A stretch of DNA of 64,000 bases from Candidatus Woesearchaeota archaeon (GCA_964599615.1 CAZRGF010000002.1:15696-79695); one strand, 5' to 3'. Positions 17,296-26,875 are shown, numbered from the stretch's first letter. A program made the numbers and translations. The notes: a model not told the origin generated them from the letters alone.

Positions 17296-17907
17296 TCATT
17301 TTCTAACTATAATGAATTTTGGGCTTGAGAATTCGGGGATTACTGCAGTAATCGCTAGGCGACTGATTTCTGTCTTGAAAACAGGCTCTGTTATTGGAAC
17401 TCCTGCTCGAAAAGAAAATTTTTTGATTATGTTTCTTATCTCTTGTTCGTCTAAATGTATATTCGTTTTTATGGATTTGTTCTTTTTATTTACTTTTACA
17501 GGGCTATTTGAACCATCACATTGTATCAAAGTAACTTCTGGATCTGAAACTAATTGATTTAAGTTTCCGAGATCAAGAAAATCTATTTTTTTTCCTAGGG
17601 GGACTGGAACATGTATCTTGTTGAATGAGGGGGGAGGGGGAAGAGCGATTGTTTGGATTGTTTTCTTAATTGTGGGGGCTAAAGTCGGAGTTGCAACTTG
17701 TTCAGAAACTGTTTTTTCTTCTAAAGCTTGAATCTGTTCTGCTTCTTCTTCTAAAGATATCAAATCATCTTTTATTTCATGAAGCCTGGCTTTATTCTCT
17801 TTTTCAGTTATTTCTTTATGGGCTTTTAGATGTTTTTTTGTTTTAATAACCTCAAGAAAAAAATCATTCATGAAAACTTCTGGAACCTGTAGTTCAGATT
17901 GTATCAT
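17296..17907 (-). CDS. protein resembling only the N-terminal domain of FlaI/PilB/GspE-type secretion ATPases
   Basis: The C-terminal 100 aa (LVSDPEVTLIQCDGSNSPVKV..IKTNIHL..RAGVPITEPVFKTEISRLAITAVIPEFSSPKFIIVRK) parallel the FlaI/GspE N-domain up to the ..FTIRKF boundary. No Walker A/B region follows. The N-terminal half is coiled-coil and Pro-rich. Confidence 0.45.
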   Translation of the reverse strand: MIQSELQVPEVFMNDFFLEVIKTKKHLKAHKEITEKENKARLHEIKDDLISLEEEAEQIQALEEKTVSEQVATPTLAPTIKKTIQTIALPPPPSFNKIHVPVPLGKKIDFLDLGNLNQLVSDPEVTLIQCDGSNSPVKVNKKNKSIKTNIHLDEQEIRNIIKKFSFRAGVPITEPVFKTEISRLAITAVIPEFSSPKFIIVRK

Positions 17908-18021
17908 TTTTTGTATCTATAAGTTATTATTAATTGAATATTTAATCCTCTTCTTGCAATATGCTGCTATTAGGCAGACAACGTTGATTGCGTAATTAGC
18001 TTTAAAGACATATAATTAAAT

Positions 18022-18576
18022 CTAAAAGTTGAATTCTGGCAGAGGCTCTGGCTTAAATTCATCATCGCTTGAGCTTTCACTTGATTCTTCACCATCTTTT
18101 TCAACTTGAACTTCATCTGAATTATCCTCTTTTTGTTCTTCTGAACTTTCACTTGATTCTTCTTCATCTGAAATAGATTTTTTAAAACCTTCTGCGTCTT
18201 CTTTTTTTACTAGAACTTTCTCTTTTGTTGTTTTATGCATCAAAACAAGAGATTTTGCTATTGTCTTGTTCTGTTCTATAATATCATCCATTTTCGCTGA
18301 CAAATTTCTTGATTCTGGATGGTCTTGAAAGTTTTTAGCAGCTGTTTCAAATAATTCGAGAAGAGCGTTTATTTTTTTATTCAGTTCTTTTGTTTCATAT
18401 CCAATATTGGTTAGAGCTTCCTGCAATGCTACAAAGTTTTCTAAAAGGAGTTTATTTGTCTTGCTATCTGAATCATTATCCGAGACCTTAATTTTTTTTG
18501 GTTTTATCTTCGTTGATACTTCAGTGATAGTGACTGTCTTCTTGACTGTCTTACCTCTTTTAACCATGGTTAACAC
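18022..18576 (-). CDS. hypothetical acidic coiled-coil protein
   Basis: 184 aa with a Ser/Glu/Asp-rich tail (SSESSEEQKEDNSDE). An alternative ATG lies at 18567. Confidence 0.5.
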   Translation of the reverse strand: MLTMVKRGKTVKKTVTITEVSTKIKPKKIKVSDNDSDSKTNKLLLENFVALQEALTNIGYETKELNKKINALLELFETAAKNFQDHPESRNLSAKMDDIIEQNKTIAKSLVLMHKTTKEKVLVKKEDAEGFKKSISDEEESSESSEEQKEDNSDEVQVEKDGEESSESSSDDEFKPEPLPEFNF

Positions 18577-18682
18577 AGTTTAATTGAATTTAAAAAGATT
18601 TCTGATTAGTGTTTAGTGCAGATATCTCCTAAGAGACCATATGAATGATTTAGAATTAATCTTTACAATGCTTGGAGAAGCT

Positions 18683-19075
18683 TCAACTGCTACAATACTC
18701 CTCACTAGTCCCCTGAATGACATGTGCCGTGATTCTGCATGCTTCCACGCCTGGGGGATTTATCGCTCTTTCAAAAGTCAAATAATTCCATGGGCTCCCC
18801 AATCTTGCTTCTCTTCCATAAAGCCCCCTAATAAATTCTTTTCCTTCATCTTCAGAACTAGTGACATGTAATTCTGATAAAACTCCCGCTAATACCTCAA
18901 GAGTTTTTGTTGATTCTGCACCACAAAATCCCAAAGTCCTTCTTTTGAATTGCCGTAAACCCAATATCCCCCATTCTTCTGGGGTTTGGAATTCTGTTCT
19001 TTTTGAAGCGGATCTTGCCCCTTCTGCAAATTTTTGAAACTGCTCCGCGGATATTACAGATATTTTGTCTATCAT
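18683..19075 (-). CDS. hypothetical protein
   Basis: 130-aa ORF with TTTATAAA 22 nt upstream (19097-19104). Confidence 0.5.
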   Translation of the reverse strand: MIDKISVISAEQFQKFAEGARSASKRTEFQTPEEWGILGLRQFKRRTLGFCGAESTKTLEVLAGVLSELHVTSSEDEGKEFIRGLYGREARLGSPWNYLTFERAINPPGVEACRITAHVIQGTSEEYCSS

Positions 19076-19172
19076 CTTGATGAATAATTTTTTAGGTTTA
19101 TAAACTTTTCTTTTTGTTATCTTTTATTAATGACAAAGATGTTATGTAGGGGGCAGGAAAGGAGATTAGTGT

Positions 19173-19901
19173 TTAGTGCATCAAGACAAGCATCAAAGCT
19201 AAGCCGATTATTATGAAGATAAACTGTAGTATAGACTCAATTGTTTTTGACTTTTTATGCAATTCAGGAATCAAATCTGTTGTTGCTATGTATATGAAAC
19301 CACCTGCAGCAATGGGAATCAAGAAGTTTAAGTTGATAATATTAAATAGAAAGTAACCTACAATTGCTCCGACAAGAGCAGTTAAAGCAGTTAAGAAGTT
19401 GAATAACAAAGCTTTTTTCCTTTTCATGCCCCCATGAAGAAGTACTGCAAAATCCCCCATTTCTTGGGGAATTTCGTGTAGTAGTATGGAGAAACTGGTA
19501 ATTATTCCTAAACTTATACTGGTTAAATATGCTGCAGATATGATTAAACCATCAAGGAAGTTATGGATTGAGTCTCCTACAAGATTAGTATAAACAAAGG
19601 GTTTTGTGTGAATTTTACAGTCATGTTCGTGGCAATGTCTCCAATTTAGAAATTTTTCCATAATAAAAAAGAGGACTATCCCGATTATTACAAAAATAAG
19701 AGAATAAGGACTTAATCCTAGAGATTCGGGAATTAGATGAAAAAAAGCACTCCCTAATAAAGTTCCTGAAGCCAAAGCTACAAAGAGTAGGAGTATCTTA
19801 TCCAAGGTTTTTTGTTTTAAAGAAATAAAAACTAATCCGATAAGAGAGACCAAACTGATTATTATGACTGAAATCAAGATGTAAATAATGGTGGGTAACA
19901 T
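19173..19901 (-). CDS. ZIP family metal (zinc) transporter
   Basis: Polytopic. GDSIHNFLDGLII and LLHEIPQEMGDFAVLL signature helices of the ZIP/ZupT family. Confidence 0.85.
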   Translation of the reverse strand: MLPTIIYILISVIIISLVSLIGLVFISLKQKTLDKILLLFVALASGTLLGSAFFHLIPESLGLSPYSLIFVIIGIVLFFIMEKFLNWRHCHEHDCKIHTKPFVYTNLVGDSIHNFLDGLIISAAYLTSISLGIITSFSILLHEIPQEMGDFAVLLHGGMKRKKALLFNFLTALTALVGAIVGYFLFNIINLNFLIPIAAGGFIYIATTDLIPELHKKSKTIESILQFIFIIIGLALMLVLMH

Positions 19902-19902
19902 T

Positions 19903-20385
19903 TTATTTTATTAAGTTTAATATTATTTTAACTGTTTTATTCAGATTATTCTTTTCTGTGTCAATTATTATATCTTTTTCTTTTGTTAAAGATAAGAGAT
20001 GGTCTCTTTTTATTATGCTAAATCTTGTATTATCTCCCCTTTTTATATCTCTCTTAACAGCTTCGTCCAAGCTGCATTTCAGATGGAATGAGTAAATCTT
20101 ATATTTTCTTCCATATTTCTTGATTGTTTTTTTTAAATCATCAGAATTCCTTTCTTGAACCAGAATGTTTTTGTTTAATTGCATCAAATTCTTGATTAAA
20201 AAGTCTACTGTTTTATTGGCAAGTATTCTAGCGTCATTTCTTCCCGAATGTTTTAGTAGTCTTTTTATTGCTTCTCTATCCACAAAAGCAAAATTCTTCA
20301 ATTTCTTTCTTAATGCGTAACAAGTGGAACTCTTCCCAGAGGCTGTCGGTCCATCAATTAGGATTAGTTTTGACATAATATTCAT
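19903..20385 (-). CDS. P-loop kinase-like protein
   Basis: LILIDGPTASGKSS Walker A near the N-terminus, ~160 aa: small nucleotide/nucleoside kinase-like architecture. Specificity unknown. Confidence 0.5.
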   Translation of the reverse strand: MNIMSKLILIDGPTASGKSSTCYALRKKLKNFAFVDREAIKRLLKHSGRNDARILANKTVDFLIKNLMQLNKNILVQERNSDDLKKTIKKYGRKYKIYSFHLKCSLDEAVKRDIKRGDNTRFSIIKRDHLLSLTKEKDIIIDTEKNNLNKTVKIILNLIK

Positions 20386-20448
20386 TCCCCAGATTGTTTT
20401 TATATGTTTTGATTAAATTTATAAATTGATTTAAGCTAAACAAATTAT

Positions 20449-20586
20449 GCGGGGGTGTCGGAGCCCGGTCAAACGAGTAGGACTTAAGATCGTATGAAAC
20501 CAAGGTTTCCTAACAAGTCACCTTCCTTTCACAATAAAAAATCCTATGGCTTAGTGCCTGCGCAGGTTCGAATCCTGTCCCCCGCA
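20449..20586 (+). tRNA. tRNA-Leu(UAA) with ~52-nt intron in the anticodon loop
   Basis: Acceptor GCGGGGG/CCCCCGC plus discriminator A. Anticodon stem TAGGA (20478-20482) pairs with TCCTA (20542-20546); loop CTTAAGA with TAA at 20485-20487. Long variable arm GGCTTAGTGCC and T-arm GCAGGTTCGAATCCTGT. The sequence between loop and 3' stem half (about 20489-20541) is the intron. Confidence 0.85.
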
Positions 20587-20674
20587 TACTATACTTTTGA
20601 CTATTTTTTCCGAACTATTGAATGCTCCCAACTTTATCCCGACGATATATAAATGCGGTAGGGTTGATTCGAAC

Positions 20675-21841
20675 ATGAAAATAGATCCATACAACAACAA
20701 AGATAGATACGTAAAATGGAAAGAAAAAATTGAATTCGGAATTCCAGACATAAGCAAAGAGAATTCTAATCTGATAAAGCGGTATTTTGAAGACATGGAA
20801 AGTGGGCTAAATACTTCTTCTGTAAAAAGAGGTGCAAGAAGTTACCTTAGGATGAATTCTCTTAGAGTCAGGATTTTGTTTCTTGTAAAGCATTTTGAAA
20901 AGAAATTTGAATTGGATGATGTTACAAAAATTACAGAAGAGCAGATTGGCAAGTTCTTTTTAGATATGAGAAGTGGGAGAATAACGAAGCTAAATGGCGG
21001 CACTTTTATTTCAACTAAGGATTATGTGCAGGATTTCAAGGCTTTCTGGCACTGGTGGATGAAGATAAACAGGAAAAAAGACATCGAGATAAAAGACATC
21101 ACTCAGGATTTAGATACTTCTGTGAGCAAGCCAAAATGGGTTTATATGACTGAAGGAGAGGTTAAGCTGTTATGCGAGAACGCAAAATATGAATACAAAG
21201 TATTAATGATGTTTTTGTTTGATTCGGGTATAAGGGCTCCAACCGAACTTATGAATGTGAAAGTTTCTGATTTGTTCAATAACTGCAAGGAACTTCATAT
21301 AAGGGATGAAGTAAGCAAAACTTTTGGGAGAAAGATAAAATTATTGTTGTCTTCTGAAATTATAACGGAGTACATAAAGAATAAGAAACTCACCCATGAC
21401 TCCTATTTATTTGATATTTCTCCGCCGGTCACTAATAAGTACCTTAAAAGGCTCGCATTTAAGCTATTTGGTGATAAAATCACGCTTGCAGGTGAAAAGT
21501 ATGCCAATATCACTATGTATGATTTTAGGCATTGTTCTTGCTGTTATTGGCTTCCAAGGTACAAGAGCGAGAGTGCATTAAAGTATAGGTTTGGATGGAA
21601 GAAAACCGATAAGATTCACTATTATTCAGAACTTCTGGGAATGAAAGACACGATAGCAGAAGAGGACATGCTACTAGATGTTACGAAAACCGAAATAGAA
21701 AAAAGACTTGCTAAATCTGAAAAGAAAAATGAGATGCTAGAAGAAGAATTAGGTTTATTGAAAGAACAGATGAAACGAATTAATGAGGTTACTAATGGGA
21801 TATATGCTAAAATAAAGAACAATCTTGCGGTTAATGAATAA
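20675..21841 (+). CDS. tyrosine recombinase / phage-type integrase
   Basis: GIRAPTEL (Arg I), MYDFRHCSCCYWL (His-x-x-Arg region), KIHYYSELLG (Tyr region). ATG at 20675 is preferred (ATATATAAAT box ~20 nt upstream); the track starts at TTG 20597. Confidence 0.8.
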   Translation: MKIDPYNNKDRYVKWKEKIEFGIPDISKENSNLIKRYFEDMESGLNTSSVKRGARSYLRMNSLRVRILFLVKHFEKKFELDDVTKITEEQIGKFFLDMRSGRITKLNGGTFISTKDYVQDFKAFWHWWMKINRKKDIEIKDITQDLDTSVSKPKWVYMTEGEVKLLCENAKYEYKVLMMFLFDSGIRAPTELMNVKVSDLFNNCKELHIRDEVSKTFGRKIKLLLSSEIITEYIKNKKLTHDSYLFDISPPVTNKYLKRLAFKLFGDKITLAGEKYANITMYDFRHCSCCYWLPRYKSESALKYRFGWKKTDKIHYYSELLGMKDTIAEEDMLLDVTKTEIEKRLAKSEKKNEMLEEELGLLKEQMKRINEVTNGIYAKIKNNLAVNE

Positions 21842-22055
21842 AATGCTCAAAAAAACAAGAACAAGAAAAACCGAAAAGTCATGTTCAACAAACTTAGATA
21901 ATCTAAATCGGAAAGCAAGGTTTCGAAAAGCCTTTAGGCAGAAACCTTGCAGGAGATAAAAAATAGAACAAGAAAGAAGAAAAGTTGTAATAAATGTTGA
22001 CAAAGACAAGGGCTATTTTAGATTTAATGATCTAAATCATGACGAACTGATTTAT

Positions 22056-22511
22056 TTGTATCATGAAGATTATAAGAGAACATTGCAATTTGACCTTAAA
22101 GGCGAGAAAGAATATTGGTTAGTAAGACTTGGAATAAAAGAAAGTGCAGAGCATTTTCTTCTCGTTAAACTTATTACTGATTACATCCAAGAGAATTATA
22201 AATTTCTTGTTTGGAATTACAAAACAAAGATGCCAGACATTATTTTTGAGCTAAAAAATAGAAAAGTAGCTATTGAAATTGAAACTGGAAAGAATTTAAA
22301 GAACAATAAGAAACAATTTATAGAAAAAGTTGAATGGCTTAACGAAAATTTTGGAGATAATTGGTTTTTTGTTGTAACAAACAGAAGTTTAGTAAAGAAA
22401 TATAAGAAGTATGGCAAGACATTTACAAGAAAAAACATAATAAAAGGTATCGAAAGGTATGTTAAAAAAAGCATTAATCCCTGCATGTTAAAATCACGAT
22501 ATTTTGATTAA
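22056..22511 (+). CDS. hypothetical protein, possible PD-(D/E)xK nuclease fold
   Basis: ESAEH .. MPDIIFELKNRKVAIEIETGK resembles an E..PD..ExE/K nuclease core. Start codon uncertain (TTG). Confidence 0.35.
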   Translation: MYHEDYKRTLQFDLKGEKEYWLVRLGIKESAEHFLLVKLITDYIQENYKFLVWNYKTKMPDIIFELKNRKVAIEIETGKNLKNNKKQFIEKVEWLNENFGDNWFFVVTNRSLVKKYKKYGKTFTRKNIIKGIERYVKKSINPCMLKSRYFD

Positions 22512-22654
22512 ATAAAGGTGGGTGCTTGACGGATAAAAAGTTCAATTGGTGACAAAACGTCACCACATGTATTAGAGATACTAAATACTGAAGATTTAGC
22601 AATTAAATACAAAGCATAAAAAAGATTTAAATAGTAATTCTCCTTCTATAAAGA

Positions 22655-23755
22655 ATGAAAGAGAGGCTTGTGCGTTATAAAGAATTTATCGAAAGGGAAT
22701 ACATCTCGGGTTTAACTAGAAACAAAGAATACTCCTTAGAAAGCTTAGACAAAAATCTATTAAAAAAAATCAAAAAAGGACAATTTAAGAGGATTGTTTT
22801 CACTGGCATGGGTTGTTCTGCCATAGTTTCCGATATGATTCAGGGTTTTTTCGTTTCAGAAAAGATTCCTATACCAGTTTTTGTTGTTAATGATTATAAT
22901 TTTGAATATTTTATAGACCCAGAAATATTAAAGGATGGAAAAACACTAGTAATTATAAGTTCGTATAGTGGTCATTCTCAAGAACCAATAAAGGCGTATT
23001 ATAAGTTTAAAGAATATACAAAAGATATTGTTTTCTTGACTTCGGGCGGAAAATTAGAACAAATTGCCAAAAAAGACAACATCTCAGTTATTTATTGGAA
23101 AATTGTCAATCCCGATAGGGAGTACCCTTTATTTCATGCACCGCAATACTTTAGCATTTTGTTGGATATATTCCATGAGTTAGGTTTTCTTAAAACCAAT
23201 TATGAAAAGGAACTCAAAGAGACAGCAGAATATTTAAAGAATGAATTTTCAAAAAAGAAAATCAAAGAAGCTGAAGAAATAGCCAAAAAATTAAGAAATA
23301 GGGATATCATCCTTTTAGCATCTCCAAAGTGGATGACTGCTCTTTTGAAGTTGTCTAAGATGCATTTCAATGAGATTGCAATGACTGCTGCACATAGAAA
23401 CTTTATACACGAATTTGGCCATAGTGAAGTAGCAATCTTCTCAGAGCCAAAAATTGAACATGGTCTTTTGATTTACAAAGATAAAAATGAAGATGATTAC
23501 GTTAAAGCAAAAATTGAAAATATGCAAAAGATTTTTTCAGAAAAAGTACCTCAAAATAAGAAAATATCAGTTAGCATAATTGATATAAACCAAGATAATT
23601 TCTTCAAACAATTATTCTCTTCTTTGTTATTTATTCACTATATTACGTATTATCTGGGAATTTATTATAATGTTAAATCCAGAGAGCTTATCTCAAGATC
23701 TGCTGGAAATCCTTGGTATAACATTAAAACGATTAACGAAGAGCTAAAGTCATAA
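22655..23755 (+). CDS. SIS-domain sugar isomerase (PGI/PMI-like)
   Basis: RIVFTGMGCSAIVSDM and LVIISSYSGHSQE SIS motifs; two-SIS-domain length (366 aa). Confidence 0.65.
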   Translation: MKERLVRYKEFIEREYISGLTRNKEYSLESLDKNLLKKIKKGQFKRIVFTGMGCSAIVSDMIQGFFVSEKIPIPVFVVNDYNFEYFIDPEILKDGKTLVIISSYSGHSQEPIKAYYKFKEYTKDIVFLTSGGKLEQIAKKDNISVIYWKIVNPDREYPLFHAPQYFSILLDIFHELGFLKTNYEKELKETAEYLKNEFSKKKIKEAEEIAKKLRNRDIILLASPKWMTALLKLSKMHFNEIAMTAAHRNFIHEFGHSEVAIFSEPKIEHGLLIYKDKNEDDYVKAKIENMQKIFSEKVPQNKKISVSIIDINQDNFFKQLFSSLLFIHYITYYLGIYYNVKSRELISRSAGNPWYNIKTINEELKS

Positions 23756-23756
23756 T

Positions 23757-24722
23757 ATGATTGATTTAAACTTTGGGGAGAATTATCAAAAAGAGATTCT
23801 TCTAAAAAAGAAAATAGAAGAAGAACTCGCAAAAAAGTTAGATGTTCAAAAAGATTTTGTTATGCTTAACTACGGCTCAAATAGTAATCTAATTTTATTC
23901 TTTTCTGCTTTTTCTAATAAATGCCTCAAAGAAAAGAAAAGACCATTAAAGGTTTTGTTAGATTACCCAAATTATTTTTTTACTATTAATCAACTTAAAG
24001 AATGGGATATTCAGCCTATTTCCATTAAAAGAGATAGGAATATGAACTTTCCAATAAAAGAATTTACTTCATCAATAAACAAGGCAGATGTTATATTATT
24101 AACTACCCCAAATAATCCCACTGGAAAACCAATTAGTGATAAAGATATTATTCAGATTATCCAAAAAACACCAAAAGAGACTATTGTTTTGATAGACCGA
24201 AGTTGTATTAACACCCTTCCAGAAATTTCAACTAAGGAAATCATTCATAGATTTAACAAGAAAATTGTCATTCTACATTCATTCTCAAAAAGCCACAATC
24301 TTTCTGATGAAAGAATTGGTTATCTAGTAACCAATAATAAGGAAATTGCTAAGTTCTTGTTCAACAAAAGAGACCTCAATCATAATATTCATGCAGTTGA
24401 AAGATGTCTTGAGGCAATTAATAATAGAAAGATAGTCGAGATGAATAAAAAAAGAATAAAAGATTGCAATAATCTCTTAAATAAATTTTTTAAAAATAAT
24501 AAAGATTTTATTTATCTTCAATCTTCTTCAAATTTTGCTTTAATCTCCTTGCCAAATGGATTGGATTCAAAAATAGTAGAGGAAAATCTCAAGAAGAAAG
24601 GAATTTTGGTAATGGGTGGGCACAAGTTAGGGCTCGGGAATAGGTATATCAGAGTGCATATGACGGGCATAAAAGAAATTACTAAATTTTTAAATGAGTT
24701 GGTTAAAATTCCTAGAAATTAA
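23757..24722 (+). CDS. class I/II pyridoxal-phosphate aminotransferase (HisC-like)
   Basis: LLTTPNNPTGKP and LHSFSKSHNLSDERIGYLV (PLP-lysine motif). Starts 1 nt after the SIS gene stop. Confidence 0.7.
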   Translation: MIDLNFGENYQKEILLKKKIEEELAKKLDVQKDFVMLNYGSNSNLILFFSAFSNKCLKEKKRPLKVLLDYPNYFFTINQLKEWDIQPISIKRDRNMNFPIKEFTSSINKADVILLTTPNNPTGKPISDKDIIQIIQKTPKETIVLIDRSCINTLPEISTKEIIHRFNKKIVILHSFSKSHNLSDERIGYLVTNNKEIAKFLFNKRDLNHNIHAVERCLEAINNRKIVEMNKKRIKDCNNLLNKFFKNNKDFIYLQSSSNFALISLPNGLDSKIVEENLKKKGILVMGGHKLGLGNRYIRVHMTGIKEITKFLNELVKIPRN

Positions 24723-24961
24723 AAAACGTCATTAAAATAACCAGCAACGAAATCAACATATACTCTAGAAACACCTTGCTTTTGCTTGTTTCTTGGTACA
24801 GGGTTGCCTGTTGTAGGGTCTACTGTCATTTCAGTACATTCTCCATTTGTTCCTGGTACTGAAAGGGATACAGACAATTCTAAACCCAATTCATTTGCTA
24901 ATCCAGCACGTCTCTTATCCATAGCCGGTTCTGTTAATCTATAAGCTGTATCTTCTGCCAT
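24719..24961 (-). CDS. hypothetical protein
   Basis: Short ORF. ATG at 24961 lies 28 nt downstream of TTTATAAA (24990-24997); the track uses GTG at 24970. Confidence 0.4.
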   Translation of the reverse strand: MAEDTAYRLTEPAMDKRRAGLANELGLELSVSLSVPGTNGECTEMTVDPTTGNPVPRNKQKQGVSRVYVDFVAGYFNDVF

Positions 24962-25073
24962 TTTAATCACTTTTTAAAGGAAAATAAGGTTTATAAATCT
25001 TTTTAATTCGTTCTTAAATAGGAGTAACAAAAGTATAAATACAAGTGGGTATTAAAACTAATATAAAATCAAT

Positions 25074-25147
25074 ATCAAGATAAACTTAACAAAAAAAGTT
25101 TCATCATCTTGGACAAAAACTATTACATCTGTCCCCCGCATGATTTT
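25074..25147 (+). repeat. 74-bp repeat R1 ending in the tRNA-Leu 3' fragment (attR-like)
   Basis: ATCAAGATAAACTTAACAAAAAAAGTTTCATCATCTTGGACAAAAACTATTACATCTGTCCCCCGCATGATTTT. 72/74 identical to 28667-28740. Confidence 0.8.
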
Positions 25148-25334
25148 TACCGACGATAAAAATGAGAAATAAAAAAGATTCTAAGAAAACACAAATTGAT
25201 TTAGTTGAGCAGTTCAAGAAGAGTTTAGAAGATGTGAAAGAAGGGAAAGTAAGAAGGGTGGCGTAAACTAAACTAATACAGAAAATGTATTAATCAGTAC
25301 AGAAAAGGATTAATATGCAACATTAACTTTGATT

Positions 25335-26333
25335 CTATAGAAAGATATTCCAATAAGAAGACATCATTTCATCTGAAGTAAACTGAATTAGATCAAAATA
25401 ATCTTCTTTTTTGAATTTGCTCAAGTCACTTTCATCTGCTTTTTTCAGTGCCTCGAGATAATCGTGTCTTTCTTTCTTTTGAATAACAATTGGCGGATAA
25501 TCATTTCTTAATAAGATATAATTTAACAACATTCTTCCAACTCTGCCATTTCCATCAAAAAATGGATGAATTCTCTCAAATTTATGATGAAAGATTGTAG
25601 CTAGGACTAGGGGATGCAATTTGTTTTTATTTTCATTATGCCATTTCAGTAAAATGTCCATATCTGTTTTTACGAAGGGGGCAGGAGTTGCTTCAAAATT
25701 TGCTTTTACAACATGAATGTCTCGAGTTCTATAGCCCTTTCTTGCATCAATATTTTCAAGTAACTGGGAATGAATTTTTTGGATAAATTCATGATTAATC
25801 TCTTCTTTCAAATCAAATATATGAAAGAAAACTTTTTCAGTATTCTGTAGGTCATATATCTCTCTTAAGGTCTTATCTTTTGGAGTTAGTCCATCTTCTA
25901 ACAGATTTTTAGTTTCTTCAAGGCTTATTGTATTCCCTTCAATAGAGGTTGTGTTAAAAGCAAATTCTATAACAAAATTCTTTAAAATCTCTTTTTTAGT
26001 CTCTATAACGTTTTTCTTGAAAACATGATTAAAATGCAATTTGCATGCTTCAATTTCATTAAGTTTCTCACCAATAAAGGTATCTTTCTTTAATTTCAAT
26101 TCTTGTGCTTTTTCAAGAAAATGATTTGATTCAATAAAATTATGGATTGTTTTGTATGCTTTTCTTATCTTGTCTTTATATTTTGGCTGATTTTCCAGAG
26201 ACTTTTTAGCTTCTTTAATTGAGTTTCCCAAATAAGCAATATCTTTAGCAATAATCTGTTTGCCTTTTCTTTCCGATGCTCTAAGATAATAATATGGCTT
26301 CTTGCCAACTACTTTCTTGTATATGTAAACCAT
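25335..26333 (-). CDS. fic: Fic/DOC family protein
   Basis: Canonical Fic motif HPFFDGNGRVGRMLLNYILL. 332 aa. TTTATAAA 22 nt upstream (26355-26362). Confidence 0.85.
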   Translation of the reverse strand: MVYIYKKVVGKKPYYYLRASERKGKQIIAKDIAYLGNSIKEAKKSLENQPKYKDKIRKAYKTIHNFIESNHFLEKAQELKLKKDTFIGEKLNEIEACKLHFNHVFKKNVIETKKEILKNFVIEFAFNTTSIEGNTISLEETKNLLEDGLTPKDKTLREIYDLQNTEKVFFHIFDLKEEINHEFIQKIHSQLLENIDARKGYRTRDIHVVKANFEATPAPFVKTDMDILLKWHNENKNKLHPLVLATIFHHKFERIHPFFDGNGRVGRMLLNYILLRNDYPPIVIQKKERHDYLEALKKADESDLSKFKKEDYFDLIQFTSDEMMSSYWNIFL

Positions 26334-26354
26334 ACTTTGTTCAAGAAATCAGAG

Positions 26355-26362
26355 TTTATAAA
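26355..26362 (-). promoter_or_regulatory. TATA-box-like element TTTATAAA for the fic gene
   Basis: 21 nt upstream of the ATG at 26333. Confidence 0.45.
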
Positions 26363-26875
26363 TCTTACCCTCTACATTTGATAATTGGCATTGTAGTGGG
26401 TAAACCAATAAAGAATGACATTCACCAAGGGTACATACCCCCTAGGTTATAGCCCAGTTGTTCTAGAAAATCGGACAACTGAGATATTTTGAGGTGGTGA
26501 CATTTTGTCACCAACTGAAATTAAGGTTAAGAGGTGTGAGTTGTACACGATTTGTGGACAACCGATATTGAGTTATCGATGTTTTGTCGAAAACTGTGGC
26601 CAAAGATAATAATTTAACGATGTTTTAATTTTTGACTATGTGATGGCATCGCATAGTCTTCCCCATGGACTTTACTATATCATAGCATATTCCTTTTACC
26701 CTTCACAAGTGTATTTTTGATTTGTAAAGGGTAAGTTAGATTTCTTCAACTTTTACTTTGAAGAGTTTTTCTCCTTTTTCCAGTTTGTCCTCTATTTCTT
26801 TCTCTTCTTGGTGAATCCAGGTAGGATTGACTAGAAAGAGGCCTTCTGATGACGAGGCTTTGATTGGAGAGAGGG

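Larger units (their letters stand above)
20575..25141 (+). mobile_element. putative integrated element 1 (tRNA-Leu attL to first attR-like repeat)
   Basis: CTGTCCCCCGCAT at 20575-20587 (tRNA 3' end) is repeated at 25129-25141. The integrase gene is adjacent to the tRNA. Confidence 0.55.

Noticed and set aside
21842-22055. Small basic ORF (MLKKTRTRKTEKS..) and a 9-bp-stem inverted repeat CAAGGTTTC-N16-GAAACCTTG downstream of the integrase
   Set aside because: They could be an excisionase-like gene or a regulatory site, but the ORF is only ~38 codons with low-complexity basic sequence, and the hairpin is a single occurrence. The evidence is insufficient to call.
25162-25266. 34-codon ORF (MRNKKDSKKTQIDLVEQFKKSLEDVKEGKVRRVA) just after the first att-like repeat, as a possible antitoxin for Fic
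   Set aside because: It is too short to evaluate, convergent rather than co-transcribed with fic, and has no recognisable DNA-binding fold by eye. It is mentioned only as a candidate inside the segment 2 finding.
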